A stretch of DNA of 64,000 nt from Monocercomonoides exilis PA203 (Eukaryota; Protista; Preaxostyla): contig LSRY02000030.1 in the NCBI GenBank assembly GCA_001643675.2, positions 248,001 to 312,000 on the forward strand. Direction: 5' to 3'. The notes beneath the pieces are model-generated. The model was not told the origin of the DNA. It saw nothing but the letters and a program-made list of their open reading frames with translations, and searched no databases. Shown here in pieces: positions 37,697-50,089 of this stretch (position 1 is its first letter; every line of letters begins with the position of its first letter). The translations under genes and the position numbers were made by a program.

Positions 37697-40600
37697 ATGT
37701 CTTTTTGGAAACCTCAGTCAACTCTTAATTCACTATAAAAAATTTTTTAGAAATAAATTGAACTCATCGGTGGATATGACGTGGATTCATTGCTTGCCTA
37801 TTTGTTTAACACTTACAGGCAATCATCTTCAGTAATTAACGATTTACTGAGGTCTTTGAATGGTTTGGTTCTTAATATTTATGTATTGAGTTAAAAAATG
37901 TCATTTTGACTCTCGATTATTTTTTTCATTTATATTTGTTTATTATTTATTTTTTTTGAAACAGAATATCACATTAAGCTGCTTGAAGACTTGTCTGTGG
38001 TGTACAACAACGCTCCGTTGCACACTCAGACAACAATGCTGCAAGCGCTGTCTCGAAACACATCATTATCCGATTTACTGGAATATGGATATGATGTCAC
38101 AGAAGGCAAATTTATTTACGCGAAACAAACATTAAAGAAAAACCAAGGCTTCATTGTCCCGCCTCAAAAACCACATCTTCCGTCTTGCAGAAGTGGTTTG
38201 AAATTATTAACATTTTTTCATTGTTTATTATCAAAGTTTTCTATGGATTAAATGAACAGGATTGGGAAAAGGGCAACAACTGGATATTTGCCCAATCCAC
38301 TGAATCTTCGACCTCGCTTCAGTCAGAAAAGAAAAAGCAGCGAGCAGAACCGGATAATGCCGGATTTATTGATGAAGATGCCTGGGAAAATGAAATTGTT
38401 ACAGAAAACTCTTTTTCAAATAAAAAACAATCTTCTTCATCTTCAACATCATCTCAGCAAAACAAAAAATTAAATTCCATTTCAGAAAAAAAATCCTCCT
38501 TCTTCAAATTCTTTTTCTTCTCAAGCTGTCGAAGCCCCAATCAGCACTCCAATAAGGAGAGAAAGGAGGTCAACAAAAAGAAAAACAAACACATCATGTC
38601 ATAAACGTTATTCTTCTCCTTCGCCAATTCCAATTCACAAACTTTTTCAAAAACAAAATAATTATCAATTTCCCCATCTTCTTCTTCTTCCTCATTTTCC
38701 AAAAAGAAACATAATTAAAATATTAATTCTTCCACCATTGAAGAATTTTCAACTTCCTTCAGCAACAATGATATGTGGGTGAGTGATCAATTTGTTGAAT
38801 ATGCAACTTCACCTGCACTCATCCCTCCTCAGGCTTTTCAAAATCTAATGTCATCATTTTCAAAAGGCAGGATCACTTCTTTTCAACATTATTCACAAGC
38901 AGATGAAAGAGATGAAACATTTCTTGATTATTCTCCGCAAATCATGTCAAACAGCAACACAATGGATTTTCTTCCTGCAATTCAATCTCCTTCTTCATCT
39001 ATATTTTCAAACATTAACAAAGATTCCAGTTCTTCAACAAAAATAGTTAAAGGCTTGCAAAATTTTGGAAATGCTTGCTATCTGGCTTCTCTTCTTCAAT
39101 GCTTATCTTCTATCATCACGCAAAAACCTTCTTTCATATCAAAACAAACAGCTTTAAAGAACACATCTTCGCGTGTTATTAGCGTTTGCAAACAATTGGC
39201 CAAAGATGGAACGGCCGTGCGTTCGTGGGTCCCATCACTGATCAACAAATGGGAAGACTTTTGTGGATATGGCAGCAGACAGCAGCAAAATGTGGCTGAG
39301 GCGTTTGAAAATCTTCATCAACTTCTTCAAGATAATAAGATATTTGAAATGGATACCTTCAATCCAGTGCTCATTACACATTTCAAATGTCAAAAATGTC
39401 AAAAAGTTTCAAATCATTTCAATGAAGCCTGCAGTTATGTTATCATTAATTCATCCTCTCCTCATAAAGGTCTATCTTCTATCTTTTAAACTGAGATACT
39501 GAACGGAAAAAATACTGTCTATTGCAACGATTGCAAAGAGAAATGCTGCGCTGCGAGATGGGAGGAAATGGCTGCATTTCCAAATGTGCTTGCCCTCTGT
39601 CAAGAATGCACTGACTCTGCTCGCTATTCTCCTTCAAAAACCTTCGTCATGGAAACCGATAGAGTGAATCAGCGTTCGTTTTGCAAAGGGTTTTCAAATG
39701 ATAATTTTCAACATCTCCAGGAAAACTATAAAGAAGTGTATTTTTATCATTTTGTTGGGCAAATTCTTTTTCAGCGTCTGGATCAACAAAATGGACATAA
39801 CATTGCAGTTGTGAAAAGGAAGGCAGGAAGAGAGGCATTGTGGAATATTTGCAACGATTCTGATATCCTTGAATTGGACAAAGAAAACTGGAATTCATCA
39901 TGGAAAGATCTTTATGATCAAGGTTTCGTTCCTTCGCTGACATTCTATATCAAAGAAAAAACAAAACCAACACTGTCAACTATTCAATTTGGTGGTTCAT
40001 CATCATCATCATTAGCAGCAGCAGCAGCAGCAGTAGCATCATCATCATCATTCATCACACAACCTCCTCGAACAACTTCCATTCCTCCACTCTCTTCGTC
40101 AATTTCAACGAGTTATGGATTAGAAGTACAGAAAGAAAAAAGAAAGAAAACGGGCATCTTTTCTCCCAATGAAAAGAGATTAATCTTCAAGCCCAAATCT
40201 AAATTATGGAAAGAGTTTTCCGAAGAAACAAATATCAAAGTTTCTTTGTCTCACTTTTACAAACTCACCACCAACTTCTCAAAAGCGAAAAGACGTACAG
40301 ATCTTTGTGGCATGTGTGAGAAACTCAACTATCTGGAAAACAAATTAAAGTCATCGCAAAACAAAAATGGACTGTCTGAAGCAGAGTTTCACACACTCAA
40401 ACTTCTTCGTCAACATCGTCTTGTTGCAGAAATGCAACGAAAACACTATCAATCAACTGTTGACAACTTGAAAGAGGGAGAAGCAGTCTTCGTCTTCGAC
40501 TTCAAAGAGAAATGGAAGCTCCCCATCAGAAAAAATCAACTTCAACAGGAATTCTTCAACTATCAACAAGTGTCTCAATTCACTATTATTTCACTTCAAA

Positions 40601-41414
40601 AAATTAATAATCAACATGTCAAATGAACATTCAACTTCTTCTCCGACTGATTCCCAAATGATCACAGATTTGTTATTGAGTGTCTGGAATCAGCGATCAT
40701 AAGACACTTCTCACAGACACTCACACTTTTAAGTTCTTCTGCGATTCGGGCCCACACAACAGAAATCGCTTCCTTCTTCACTTCATCCACTCAAAACAAT
40801 CCAAACTTCTCAAAAAGAAAAACACTCAACTCAACTTCTTCGCTGAGCACCATGGAAAAAATATCTGCGATAGTGAATTTGGTGCGTTAGTGAATGCAGT
40901 CGACAACAATCTTTCGACAGAACACATCACAACACTTCACGATTTGATCAACTTCTTCGAAAACAATATGAATAATTCGACATCAGCTTCTTCAACTTCA
41001 CAATCAAACATTTTCTCAACATCATCATCAAACTCTTCACCATCTTCAACATCTGTCAATAGCTTTGAGCATGAGAGGTACTTTGAAGAGTACGTACCAT
41101 CTCAGCAAATTGCATGGCCATCATTGTCAGTCCCTCACATGAAGGACTACTTGTATTTTGAGCGCAAGGGCTCATTTGTCTGCGCATCTGCTGTTGGATA
41201 TCTTCCTCAACGCTCTCTGGTTGCACTCGAATCTTCGACAATGAAAGAAAAGGTTCAACGTTCAAGAAAGTCATTTCACTCTGATATCACATCATCTAAC
41301 TCTTCTCTTCTTTCTCAATCTTCTCAAGATCTTCTTTCAAGAAGATTTGATCTTCTTCTTGACTCTTCATCTTTAAATGAATCTCAAAATTGTATTAATG
41401 GTGTCCCTTTTTAA
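37697..41414 (+). pseudogene. Sola-like DDD transposase carrying an internal ubiquitin-specific protease (USP, peptidase C19) domain; spliced, decayed
   Basis: Introns 37863-37964 and 38196-38236 join the ORFs in frame. USP: Cys box GLQNFGNACYLASLLQCL (Cys 39076), QQNVAEAF, CQKC..ILNGKNTVYCNDC, His box GHNIAVVKR..WNICNDS (His 39796, Asp 39856). Transposase: KVSLSHFYK..TDLCGMC..H..FDFKE (D 40498)..FFCDSGPH (D 40743)..FFAEHHGKNICDSEFG (D 40869). Several stops and a frameshift at ~40690. Confidence 0.85.
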
Positions 41415-41416
41415 GA

Positions 41417-41561
41417 AACTTGTTGTGTATGCTTAGCTGGCACTCTATCGGAAGGATGCTGGACATGACTGTTCGAATAAGATATTGCAGCCTTCGGGCT
41501 GCTTTATCCGGACCTGGATACGACGAACAGCCTCTCAGGTGCACAATAGTTAGAATCCGAT
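41417..41561 (+). ncRNA. Predicted structured RNA element (five helices + pseudoknot) directly 3' of the transposase ORF; class unknown
   Basis: P1 41417-41430/41539-41551; P2 41437-41446/41453-41462; P3 CTGTTCG 41469-41475 / CGAACAG 41524-41530; P4 GCAGCC-TTCG-GGCTGC 41487-41502; P5 41505-41520. The P2 loop ATCGGA is complementary to TCCGAT 41556-41561. Confidence 0.45.
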
Positions 41562-42330
41562 TGTTTTCTTGTGCTTTTTGTCCCGATATTGTCCCTATGA
41601 TTAAATTGGTTATTGTCCCTACAATTATTGTATTTATCGAGATTCATAAATTGAGAGAGTTGTGAGGGAATTCATTGATCTTTGTGTGAGGTTTTTAGAA
41701 GGGAGAGTTATTGAGAGTGTGAAATGTTGTTTTATCATTGTGTCTGCCTTTTTTCTTTGTTGGATTTTATCTTTTTGAGTCAAAGAAAGAGAAATATTAG
41801 AAAGGGGTGAGTGAATGGAAAACAAAAGAAAAACAGTCAAGTTTGTTTTTGAACTTGAAGAATTTGTAATCTTTTTTGTTTGGGATTGCCATTGATTCCA
41901 TGAATCAGCTGTTTTGGTGCGACCTTTTCTTTTTCCTTTCACTGTTCAGAATATTTGGTAATTTGATAATGATAAGTGAGAAATACGAGAGAATGAAATT
42001 GAAAATGAATAAGTTTATGTTTGCTGAATGATCAAGATGTTAATATAGTTTATTTTGTAAATCGTTTGATGAAACAAAAAGTTTTTTGAAATTGATTATA
42101 TTTGTTATGTTTTATTTTTCAAGTGTTTCAGTTTTTTATTTGTTTGTTGTAGTTTTTAAAAACCAATTCATTTATTTCGAAACATATCCAACATTGTGCA
42201 AAGAGAACTGGTTTCATAACATAAATAATTTTTATCAACAATAATACACAACAATAATGTTAAAATTTCAAAACAACTGAATTTATTATTGATTTTTTCA
42301 AAAAAAGTTTAAAATAATATCAATGAGACA

Positions 42331-42729
42331 CATAGTTTGTGCAAAAAATACCGGACATTACAAAAAATACCGGACAAGATCGATATCTCAATAACCGCAA
42401 GAAGAAAAATTCTGTCAATTTTCCTCAATATACATCTCATCAACACAAATTCATTTGATATGCAAAACTTTCAAAACAGCTTCGTTTGTGCTCAGAAAAA
42501 ATTAATGATTGATATCAGGGAGAAATAGGATTTTGAGTTTCCCCCAAATTTCGATTGTATTTTTTTCCGAGCACAAATGAAGCAATTTTGAAATTCTCGT
42601 ATGTCTAATGAGTTTGTCTTAATGAGATATATTTTGAGGAAAATTGACAGAATTATTCCTCTTGCAGTTATTGTGAAATCGATCTTGTCCGGTATTTTGT
42701 GCGATGTCCGGTATTTTATGCGATATCTG
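42331..42729. mobile_element. CAG-terminal palindromic MITE (inner end degenerate)
   Basis: Inverted copy of the 36490 MITE family. The inner end has two aaaataccggac boxes like the 27529 copy. TA at 42730-42731. Confidence 0.85.
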
Positions 42730-44859
42730 TATCCCACGAGGGTCACACCTTGGGTGGCATTTTTTTTGCACGAATCGATTTGTTGTTATGAGGGTGTGTG
42801 AAATATATCAAAAAAAGGGGTACCAAGGTGTGACCTCTTTTTCGAAAAATGTATCTCAAATTTTCAGATCAAAAATCTGTGAATTTTTTTCACTTTTTTG
42901 TTCTTTCAAGAACGAGAAAATGTATATTTTCTATTTGTGTTCATACGCTTCATAATTATCAAAACAACATTATTCATTAAAAATGATTTAAAAAAATGTG
43001 TGTTTTGAACTCTTTTCAATGAGAAAAAATTCCATAACTTTATTTCAAAATGTTCTTTCAACAATTTTTCTCCACATTGGCGTTGCATCGAGGTTTGTTT
43101 TTTGTTATTTTATGATAAAAACACATGTTTTAAAACAAATCTTTCTTCTAGATAATCAATATGTGTTCTTTCTTTGTTTTAATTGAAAATATTTGTATGA
43201 TGGCTGTGGAAACGAAGCTGTTTGGCAAAAAACAGTCGAAGAACAGTTTGGTCTTTTTTGGTTTTCTTTATATGAATATCTGCTTATTAACATTTTTTGT
43301 GTTTCTTTCAGGGCAATAGGCGGAAAAGAATGAAAATGAATAAAAGCGGGATATCTCGTTGTGCAGGGTGGCTATCGAGTTGGGAGAGAGAATTCATATG
43401 GAAAGTGCCCAGGGTGAAGGGATTGGGAAGGGAATTGGAGATGATATTTTCAGACGAGAAACAATGATGTTTTTCAATGAGAAAGATGAAATTGAAGAAA
43501 ATACATAAGTTTCACATTTTTCAGAAGAAACAGAAATCGATGCATTTAATAGAAAAATGACTTCTGGAAAGGACGATTAGCGAATCAGATGATGAAACAC
43601 TTGGAAAAAGGAAGGAATAATGAATTTTATGGAAGAAACAGCTGCCTATGGGATAAAATATAGAAAATTGCTTATAGAAATGGTAAAAAGGTTTGTTGTT
43701 GTTGTTTTTTTGAAGTGATTATTATTTTTTCATTCAGGTTGCTGAAAGAGTGAAGGATTAGGTGGCTTTGAAGAAGAAAAAGAAAAGTTGGGGAAAAAAA
43801 ATACAGATAGATGAAATGCGAGATATTTCGAAGATCCCTGGCATTGGGCTTTGGCAAAGAATTAGTTTTTGAGGAAAGATGATTTTTTGTGAAACAAGGG
43901 GAATTGAAAGCTTAAGAGATGAAATCAAAAAGAGGAAAAAGGAATTGTCGCATGTTTCTTATTAGCATTAACGAAAGAAAGAAGATGAAGAAGAATTAAT
44001 GATGAATTTTGTGAACACTGTAACAAGAAGAACATAAAAGAAAGTGAAGAAGAGAATTTCAATGAATATCTCAGTTGATGTAAATTGACACTCATCTTCT
44101 TTATTTCCAACAATTAATCATTTCATGCCATTCATTCATCATTGTCATCTTCTTCTTTATCAAATATATCAACATCATATCATACGATTTCTTTTTCTTT
44201 TTTTTCTCTTTCTCCACCTCATCCTTTTCATCCTCCTTATCCTTCTCTTTCATTCAACACACCTTTCATTCACCGCCTTCTCTCAACCAACAGATCTTCC
44301 CTTATTCCTTCTTCATTATCTCTTAAATACTTTTCTCTTTCTCCTCTTTCATCTTCTTTCAATTTCCATTTTGCCATTCAACTCTTTTCGCCTTCTTCTA
44401 CCTCTATTCATCATCTGTATCCAACGGGCATTTACTCATTTTACACATCGAACACTCCTTCTTCCTATAATTTTTCTTATTCATGTTCTTATTCATTTCT
44501 CATTCTCGTCATCGTCATCATCAACATCTTAATCAACAGCCACAACATAACTTCAAAACATCCCTCAAACCTTCTTCTTTCTCTTCTGTTATTCGTTCTC
44601 TATCAACTCCTTCCATCTCCACTTCTTCTTTAACCTCTTCCCTTTCTTCTCTTTCTCCTTCTTTCCCTTCTCTCTCTTCTCCCTCACGCATCCCTTCTCT
44701 TCCTCATTCTTTTCTCACTCAACAGCTTCTTTCTCATTCAACTTCACTCGATTTTCCTCCTCCTCCTCCGCCTTTCTTTGATGAAGACAACGTATTTTCT
44801 AACATTCGCACAAGAAAACTTCTGTTTAGACCGAACAGACTGAAATGAGGGCGGAAAAA

Positions 44860-47330
44860 CTAACAGATGTTGAACAAAGAGCAGAGAATGATGGCTATTT
44901 TTACTGGAATGAATGAGAATGGGAATGATGGGAAAGATGGAAAAGGAAAAAGAGGAAATGGAGTGAGAGGAATAACTGGAATAACAGCGATGAGGGAGAG
45001 AGAGAAGGAGAAGTGGAAGGAGAAACTGAAAGAGAGAGAGAAAGAGAAAGAGAAAAGAGAGAAATTTCCTGGTTTTAAGCTGTTGGGTGATTGGGTGGAG
45101 CATCTTGACACAGACGAGGCAGTTGATGAATGTGGAGTCAATCCATTGACACTCGAAAACTACTCATCCGCAAACACCATCAACTCATTTGGCTTTCCTG
45201 GCTATGCAACCAATCTCATTGACGATCTTCTCTTTGAGCAATTACTGAACAATGGCGATGGCATTCTGCGAAGAAAATTCAGTTCGCTTGCAAACAGCCT
45301 CATTTTGAGCAGAGAATAGTCTGTTTTTCAGTCAGATGCGATCTGAATCCATCTTATGTGCCTCGAAGACAAAGACTGAGAAAATGCAATAAAGATTTAA
45401 CACAAACCTTTTTGACTCATTCAATTGCTGGAATTGGCACAGGAACAGGAACATATCTTTCTTCATTGCCCAATGAATCTTTTCTTTCTCTTTGTCAGCT
45501 ATCTCCATCTTTCTCTCCTTCATCTTCCTCTTCATCTTCTTCATCTTCTCCATCTTCTCCAGCAGTAACTGACCTCTCTCTCCACATCGAGCCACCCAAT
45601 CGCTCTAAGATTGTGATGGCTCGACGCATAAGAGCGATGCACTCTCTCCTCCGCCGACGCTATCTCTACCGCTGTGCACAAGTTGCTGCTGCTTCTGGTG
45701 CTTCACATTCTTCTTCTTCTTCTTCTTCTTCGTTGATTCGCTCTTCAAGAAACAGATTTCTGACAAGCGAAGAGCAGCAGATGAGGAGGATGAGGCAGCA
45801 GTTCTGAAGAAGGAAAAGACAATATTTTGTTCCACAGCTGGACATGTTTGAGGCACTGCCACTGTTTGCAAAGTTTCGGATGGTGGAGCGGTATGTGGAG
45901 AATCTGGAGAAGAGGAAGAGAGAAAGAGAGAGAGCGAAGGAAAGAGAGAGAGAAGCAAGGAACGAGAGAAGAGAGGAGAGAAGAACAAGAGAGCTGATAA
46001 AGTTGAGGAAGGAATTAAAGCATGCGAGTGATAGAGATAACAATGTGAAGAAAATGAAAATTAAGTCAAAGCAGAAGAAAATGAGAATATGTTATTGATT
46101 AGAAGAAACTCTTTGAAGGAAACAAAGGAAAAGGAAGAAAATGAAGCCTTTCCGATAGCTCCATCTTCAGCCATGAAGACAGGAGAAGAAAGATGAGACA
46201 CAAACAGAGATAATAACTGCTTCCGCTGATGAAAAAGCAGGAGATACAGAAGAAGATGAATGAGAAAGAAGAGAAAAAGAAGAGGCGAAAGAAGATTGAA
46301 GAAAAAGACAAGAATCTGTTTAGCAGCATCCCAGGAATACTACAACCACACCTTAAGACAGGCACGCCGAACAACCAGAAGGAGAACAAAATGGCCAGCT
46401 AGGCGCAGCAAGAGGCGAAAGAAAGCCAAACACCATTTTTGACAAGAGAGCGGAAATTGGACTGCATGCTGAATGATTTAGCTAATTCTGACCTGGAAGA
46501 TTTGAGCGATGAACTTGATGTGCCCTGCCGCTATGTGCGAATCAAAAGTGAGGAAAATGGGCAATTTGTGTGGAAGATGCAGAAGGTGCCTGCGTATGCA
46601 TCAGTTGACGCGATTCAGATAAGAACGCTGCTGGATCTGATGAGTGCGCTAATGAGCGGGCTGAGGCAGATCAGGGCTGAGCTTAGAAGAGGAAGAGTGA
46701 TGAAGTGGCGGGGCTGGTGGCCGTACAAAGAGGAAGCAGAGGCGACGCTCAGGAAGGCAAGGAAAGGAGCAAGGAAAGGATCACCGCTACTGTTTCAGAA
46801 GGAGAAAGGTATAAGAACATTCAGTCAGAACAGTGTACCTGGTATAAAAGATGTGATGTCAAAACTGTTTTCTTCGATGTTGTTTTCAAAGTTGGCGTCT
46901 TTCTTAACCTCGCAGAATTCAATGACAATTGATTTGATCCAGAATTATCCTTCACTCAATTTGGAAGCGCCTTTTGATTCAGCCGCAGATTTTGTTACAT
47001 ATATAAATATTGCTCTTAGTCCTCTCTCTAACTGCACTTCTCCGCTTGTCAATTCGTCCTTGTTTATGAACGTCCAATAGCAATCTTCTACTTTGCTCAG
47101 AATCTCTTCATCTCCCTTCCTTTTATCTCAAGCTGTTCATCCATCTGCTTCTAATTCTGCTGCTCCTGGCTCACTTTCTCCACATTCACTGCCTGCTCCT
47201 TCTTCTTCTACTTCTTTTTCATTCAACTAACATCGAGTTCAGTGCCACACCTCATCCTTCGTTGCAACTTGGAAAGAAACAAAGAAATACTTATAATTTA
47301 AGCTGATGTATCATCGAGAATATGTCAACT
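44860..47330 (+). pseudogene. Low-complexity coding-like region, fragmented; product unknown
   Basis: Consecutive plus-strand ORF pieces (44867-45319, 45358-45807, 45844-46098, 46439-47080) with S-rich and ER-rich tracts; no recognisable domain. Confidence 0.35.
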
Positions 47331-49139
47331 GAAACGATTCTCCACAAAGCAAAGAAAAGTCTGCAAGTTATCAACAACTGAATCAATTCTGACTTTTTCA
47401 TTTTGAAGATCAAGCATTCGAAGTGAAAAGGAAAGTACAATGAGGCTATTTTTGTTTGGAATGGCTGGGTTCCTAAATAGCCTCCCGACAGATTTCGTAG
47501 GCACTAAGCAACAGCGAATTGATGAAAGTGAAACGATGAAGAAGAAAAGATATTTAGAAGAAAAAGCACATTTGAAGAGAAATTATGAAAGGCAGTTAAG
47601 TTAATCGGATACGAACAAGTTGGAATAGAAAATTGAGGTAAATATAATCTGAAGAAAATTTCTAGATATGTTTGAATATATTCTTTTTGAAGATACAACA
47701 AAAATGAATCTTTTTTCATGAGCTCAGTTTGTTATTGATGGAGAAGAAAAATTAGATGAGGTAATGACGAAGAAATATTTTTGTCTTGTTGATGTTATGC
47801 TTTTTGAAAAAATAAGTGACGATATATTCCTCAAATGAAAAACTATGAAAGTTTATGAATATTTATATTACATGGAAAATGAATCAAAACGAGAAAATGG
47901 AAGAAATAATATAGAAATTAGAAAAAGATTATCATTTCCAGTGATTTTTGTATGAACCGCATTGAAGGCTAGTGTTTGAAGAGGAACAAACGTTGAGCTG
48001 AGGAGGGTGAGAGAGGCATCTTGGAGGAGGGAAATGAAGCCGTTGAATGCATATTCGATGGTAGCGCATGGGGTCTTTTGGGGTCTGCCACAGGCATCAG
48101 CATCGGTTCCATTGCTGAAATCAATTTTATTCTGGTTGATGAGGAGGAGCCAAATATTGAACTTGGATTTATCCCATGCACCACTATATCTGTTTACGTT
48201 TGATGAAGCTTCCGAATCAAATAAAAGAATTGGAGATTTGTTGGTTTTATGAAGGAAAGGGAAAAAATAGAAAAATAACTAATATTGTTCAGTTAGTTTC
48301 AATATTTTTGTTTTCTTATCATTTTTTCTGTTCTTCTAATAAACTTTCTCTTTGCAATGTTGTATTTTGCCAATTATGAATTTGCAATTTTTTTCTTTTG
48401 AAGTTTTATTCGTTTGTTTTAGTAAATTTTTAAAAAACTTGATCATTAAATCCTTTTTCACATAAAGCATAAAAAAGGTATAACTTTTTGGGGGAGAAAA
48501 AATAAAACAAATAAATATAACAGATATAAAAGTTAAATATTCATGAAAAACCAATTTAACTTTTTGATCAATAAATACCACTAAAGATTTTGTTTTTTCA
48601 ATTTTTGATCTTTTTTTTATGATTTGGGACCAAGTTTTAATTTTTATGAATAAAACAAAGATTTGTTCCAAACTTTTTTTGCAATTTCAACACAATAAGT
48701 CTTGCATTCCCATTCAAAAAAATGCAGAAAAATTAAAAAAAATGAGAAATATAATTGATTGTGCAGAATTGAACAAAATTCAGAAAGCAAAATATTGCGT
48801 ACCATTTCAAAAAAAATCACCCATATTAAATTTTTGATCAAAAGAAAAAATATAAGATTCTCAATGAAAAAGAGTTATATTTGCTTCAACTATCATTCAA
48901 TTACTGATCCATGAATTGTTAATGGTTTATTTGATTCTTTTTATGAATAAACAAATAATCTGATTATCATTACAGTTTTTATTTTATTGTAATTTTTTGT
49001 TGCTCAAAATGAATCATGGCATTTCTTGGAAGTGAATACAGCTCATTCAAGTTAGAATGAACAAAAGTGTTATCAAAAATTGATGGTTCGCAATTTGTTA
49101 TTATTTCCGTTTAATTAATTTTTATTTATTCTTTTTCAA

Positions 49140-49620
49140 GCTTGACAAATTTGTGGCAAATTTCAGAGCTCCTTTTGTGAAGAAGTTTGCAACGTGGGGC
49201 TGGACAACAAATTTGTTTGTTGGAGAAGAGGAAATACTGTAGAGGATTGTGAAATATCAGTGTGAGACGATATTTGTGTCATCAGTTGCAGAGAATGAGA
49301 AAGATTACAAGCAATGTGGAGGGTTTGAAGCGCCTTGTCAATTGCTGAATGTTGGAATTCAACACATCATTCCATCTCTGTTCTCACAGCTGTTGATATC
49401 AGAAGAGACTATCATCAATGGAGAAAGCAGTGCTTTGAATGTGACCATCCGCTCATTGCAATCTCCCTCAGCTGCTTTGGTGCATCTGAACTCAACAATA
49501 ACAAACGAGGGAAATCTGATCACAACATCAGAGAAAGTTCGGATTGAAAGATTGAAATTCAATTTTGTTCAGTCATTTTCATATTCTGGAAGTTCAATCA
49601 TCCATGAAGCAAGTGGCTAG
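49140..49620 (+). pseudogene. Fragment of the large surface-protein family
   Basis: ETIFVSS..KQCGGFEAPCQLLNVGIQHI resembles AQVFVSGRGSDGRGCGAQSNPCVSIDCGVEHI of the 60884-64000 protein. Confidence 0.6.
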
Positions 49621-50089
49621 TTTTCTTTTTCATTTGTTGATTTTTCTTCTTCAAAATCTTCTTTGTTATGATGCATTTCTTCTTTTATTTCTTCTTCATC
49701 AACTTCATCTTTTCAAACGTTTTGTTCAGAAGTCTGTTGGAAGAAGACGGTTGTATTCTCAGTGTTAACTTCACATTAAGTTCTTTCAAAAGCTTTTGAG
49801 AGGAAATGGATACGACAAGAAACAGGAGATATAAGAGGATGAAAAATGAAAAGAAGAAAACAGCTCTGATGAAAATATCATCAGGAAAATCAAAGGCTTT
49901 GCAGCATCCAATGCACTTTCAAAGAGCAGCAGCATGTCGTTGATCTCCATCTCTTTCTCTCTCAAACCCTTCTCGAGCTATAATGAAAAAGTTAAAGAAG
50001 AAGATAATTATAAAGTGTGACATGACATTAACTCCTCCTCCCTTCCAATGCAATGTTATTGAGTCTTGAAATAAAACCACTCGCTGTCA

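Larger units (their letters stand above)
35184..44035. mobile_element. 8.85-kb unit with 1672-bp near-perfect inverted arms enclosing a USP-transposase gene
   Basis: 35184-36855 is the reverse complement of 42364-44035 (coordinate sum 79219; mirrored ORF pairs in the track; ~2 mismatches near the inner end). The 5.5-kb unique core encodes the transposase. No TSD found. Confidence 0.75.

Noticed and set aside
40618-40667. GT..AG segment that would remove two TGAs and fix the frame
   Set aside because: Splicing still leaves TGA at 40677 and would delete a transposase-like motif (FFSD..NDHRFVIECL).
41490-41520. Minus strand CAGGTCCGGATAAAGCAGCC resembles the SRP RNA helix-8 motif (CAGGUCCGGAAGGAAGCAGCC); nearby CTGAGA recalls a TPP riboswitch
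   Set aside because: The apical and flanking helices required by both RNAs do not pair, and G-U pairs favour the opposite strand.
41465-41532. AUGA..AA downstream of a gene with in-frame TGAs, as a possible SECIS
   Set aside because: There is no GA on the 3' side for the non-Watson-Crick quartet, the helix geometry is wrong, and the TGAs sit beside a frameshift.
41634-41990. Possible second, convergent gene inside the USP-transposase unit
   Set aside because: Short frames without a recognisable domain or consistent exon structure; unresolved.
48021-48203. INFILVDEEEPNIELGF as a helicase Walker B relic
   Set aside because: No Walker A or other helicase motifs nearby; too short to support.
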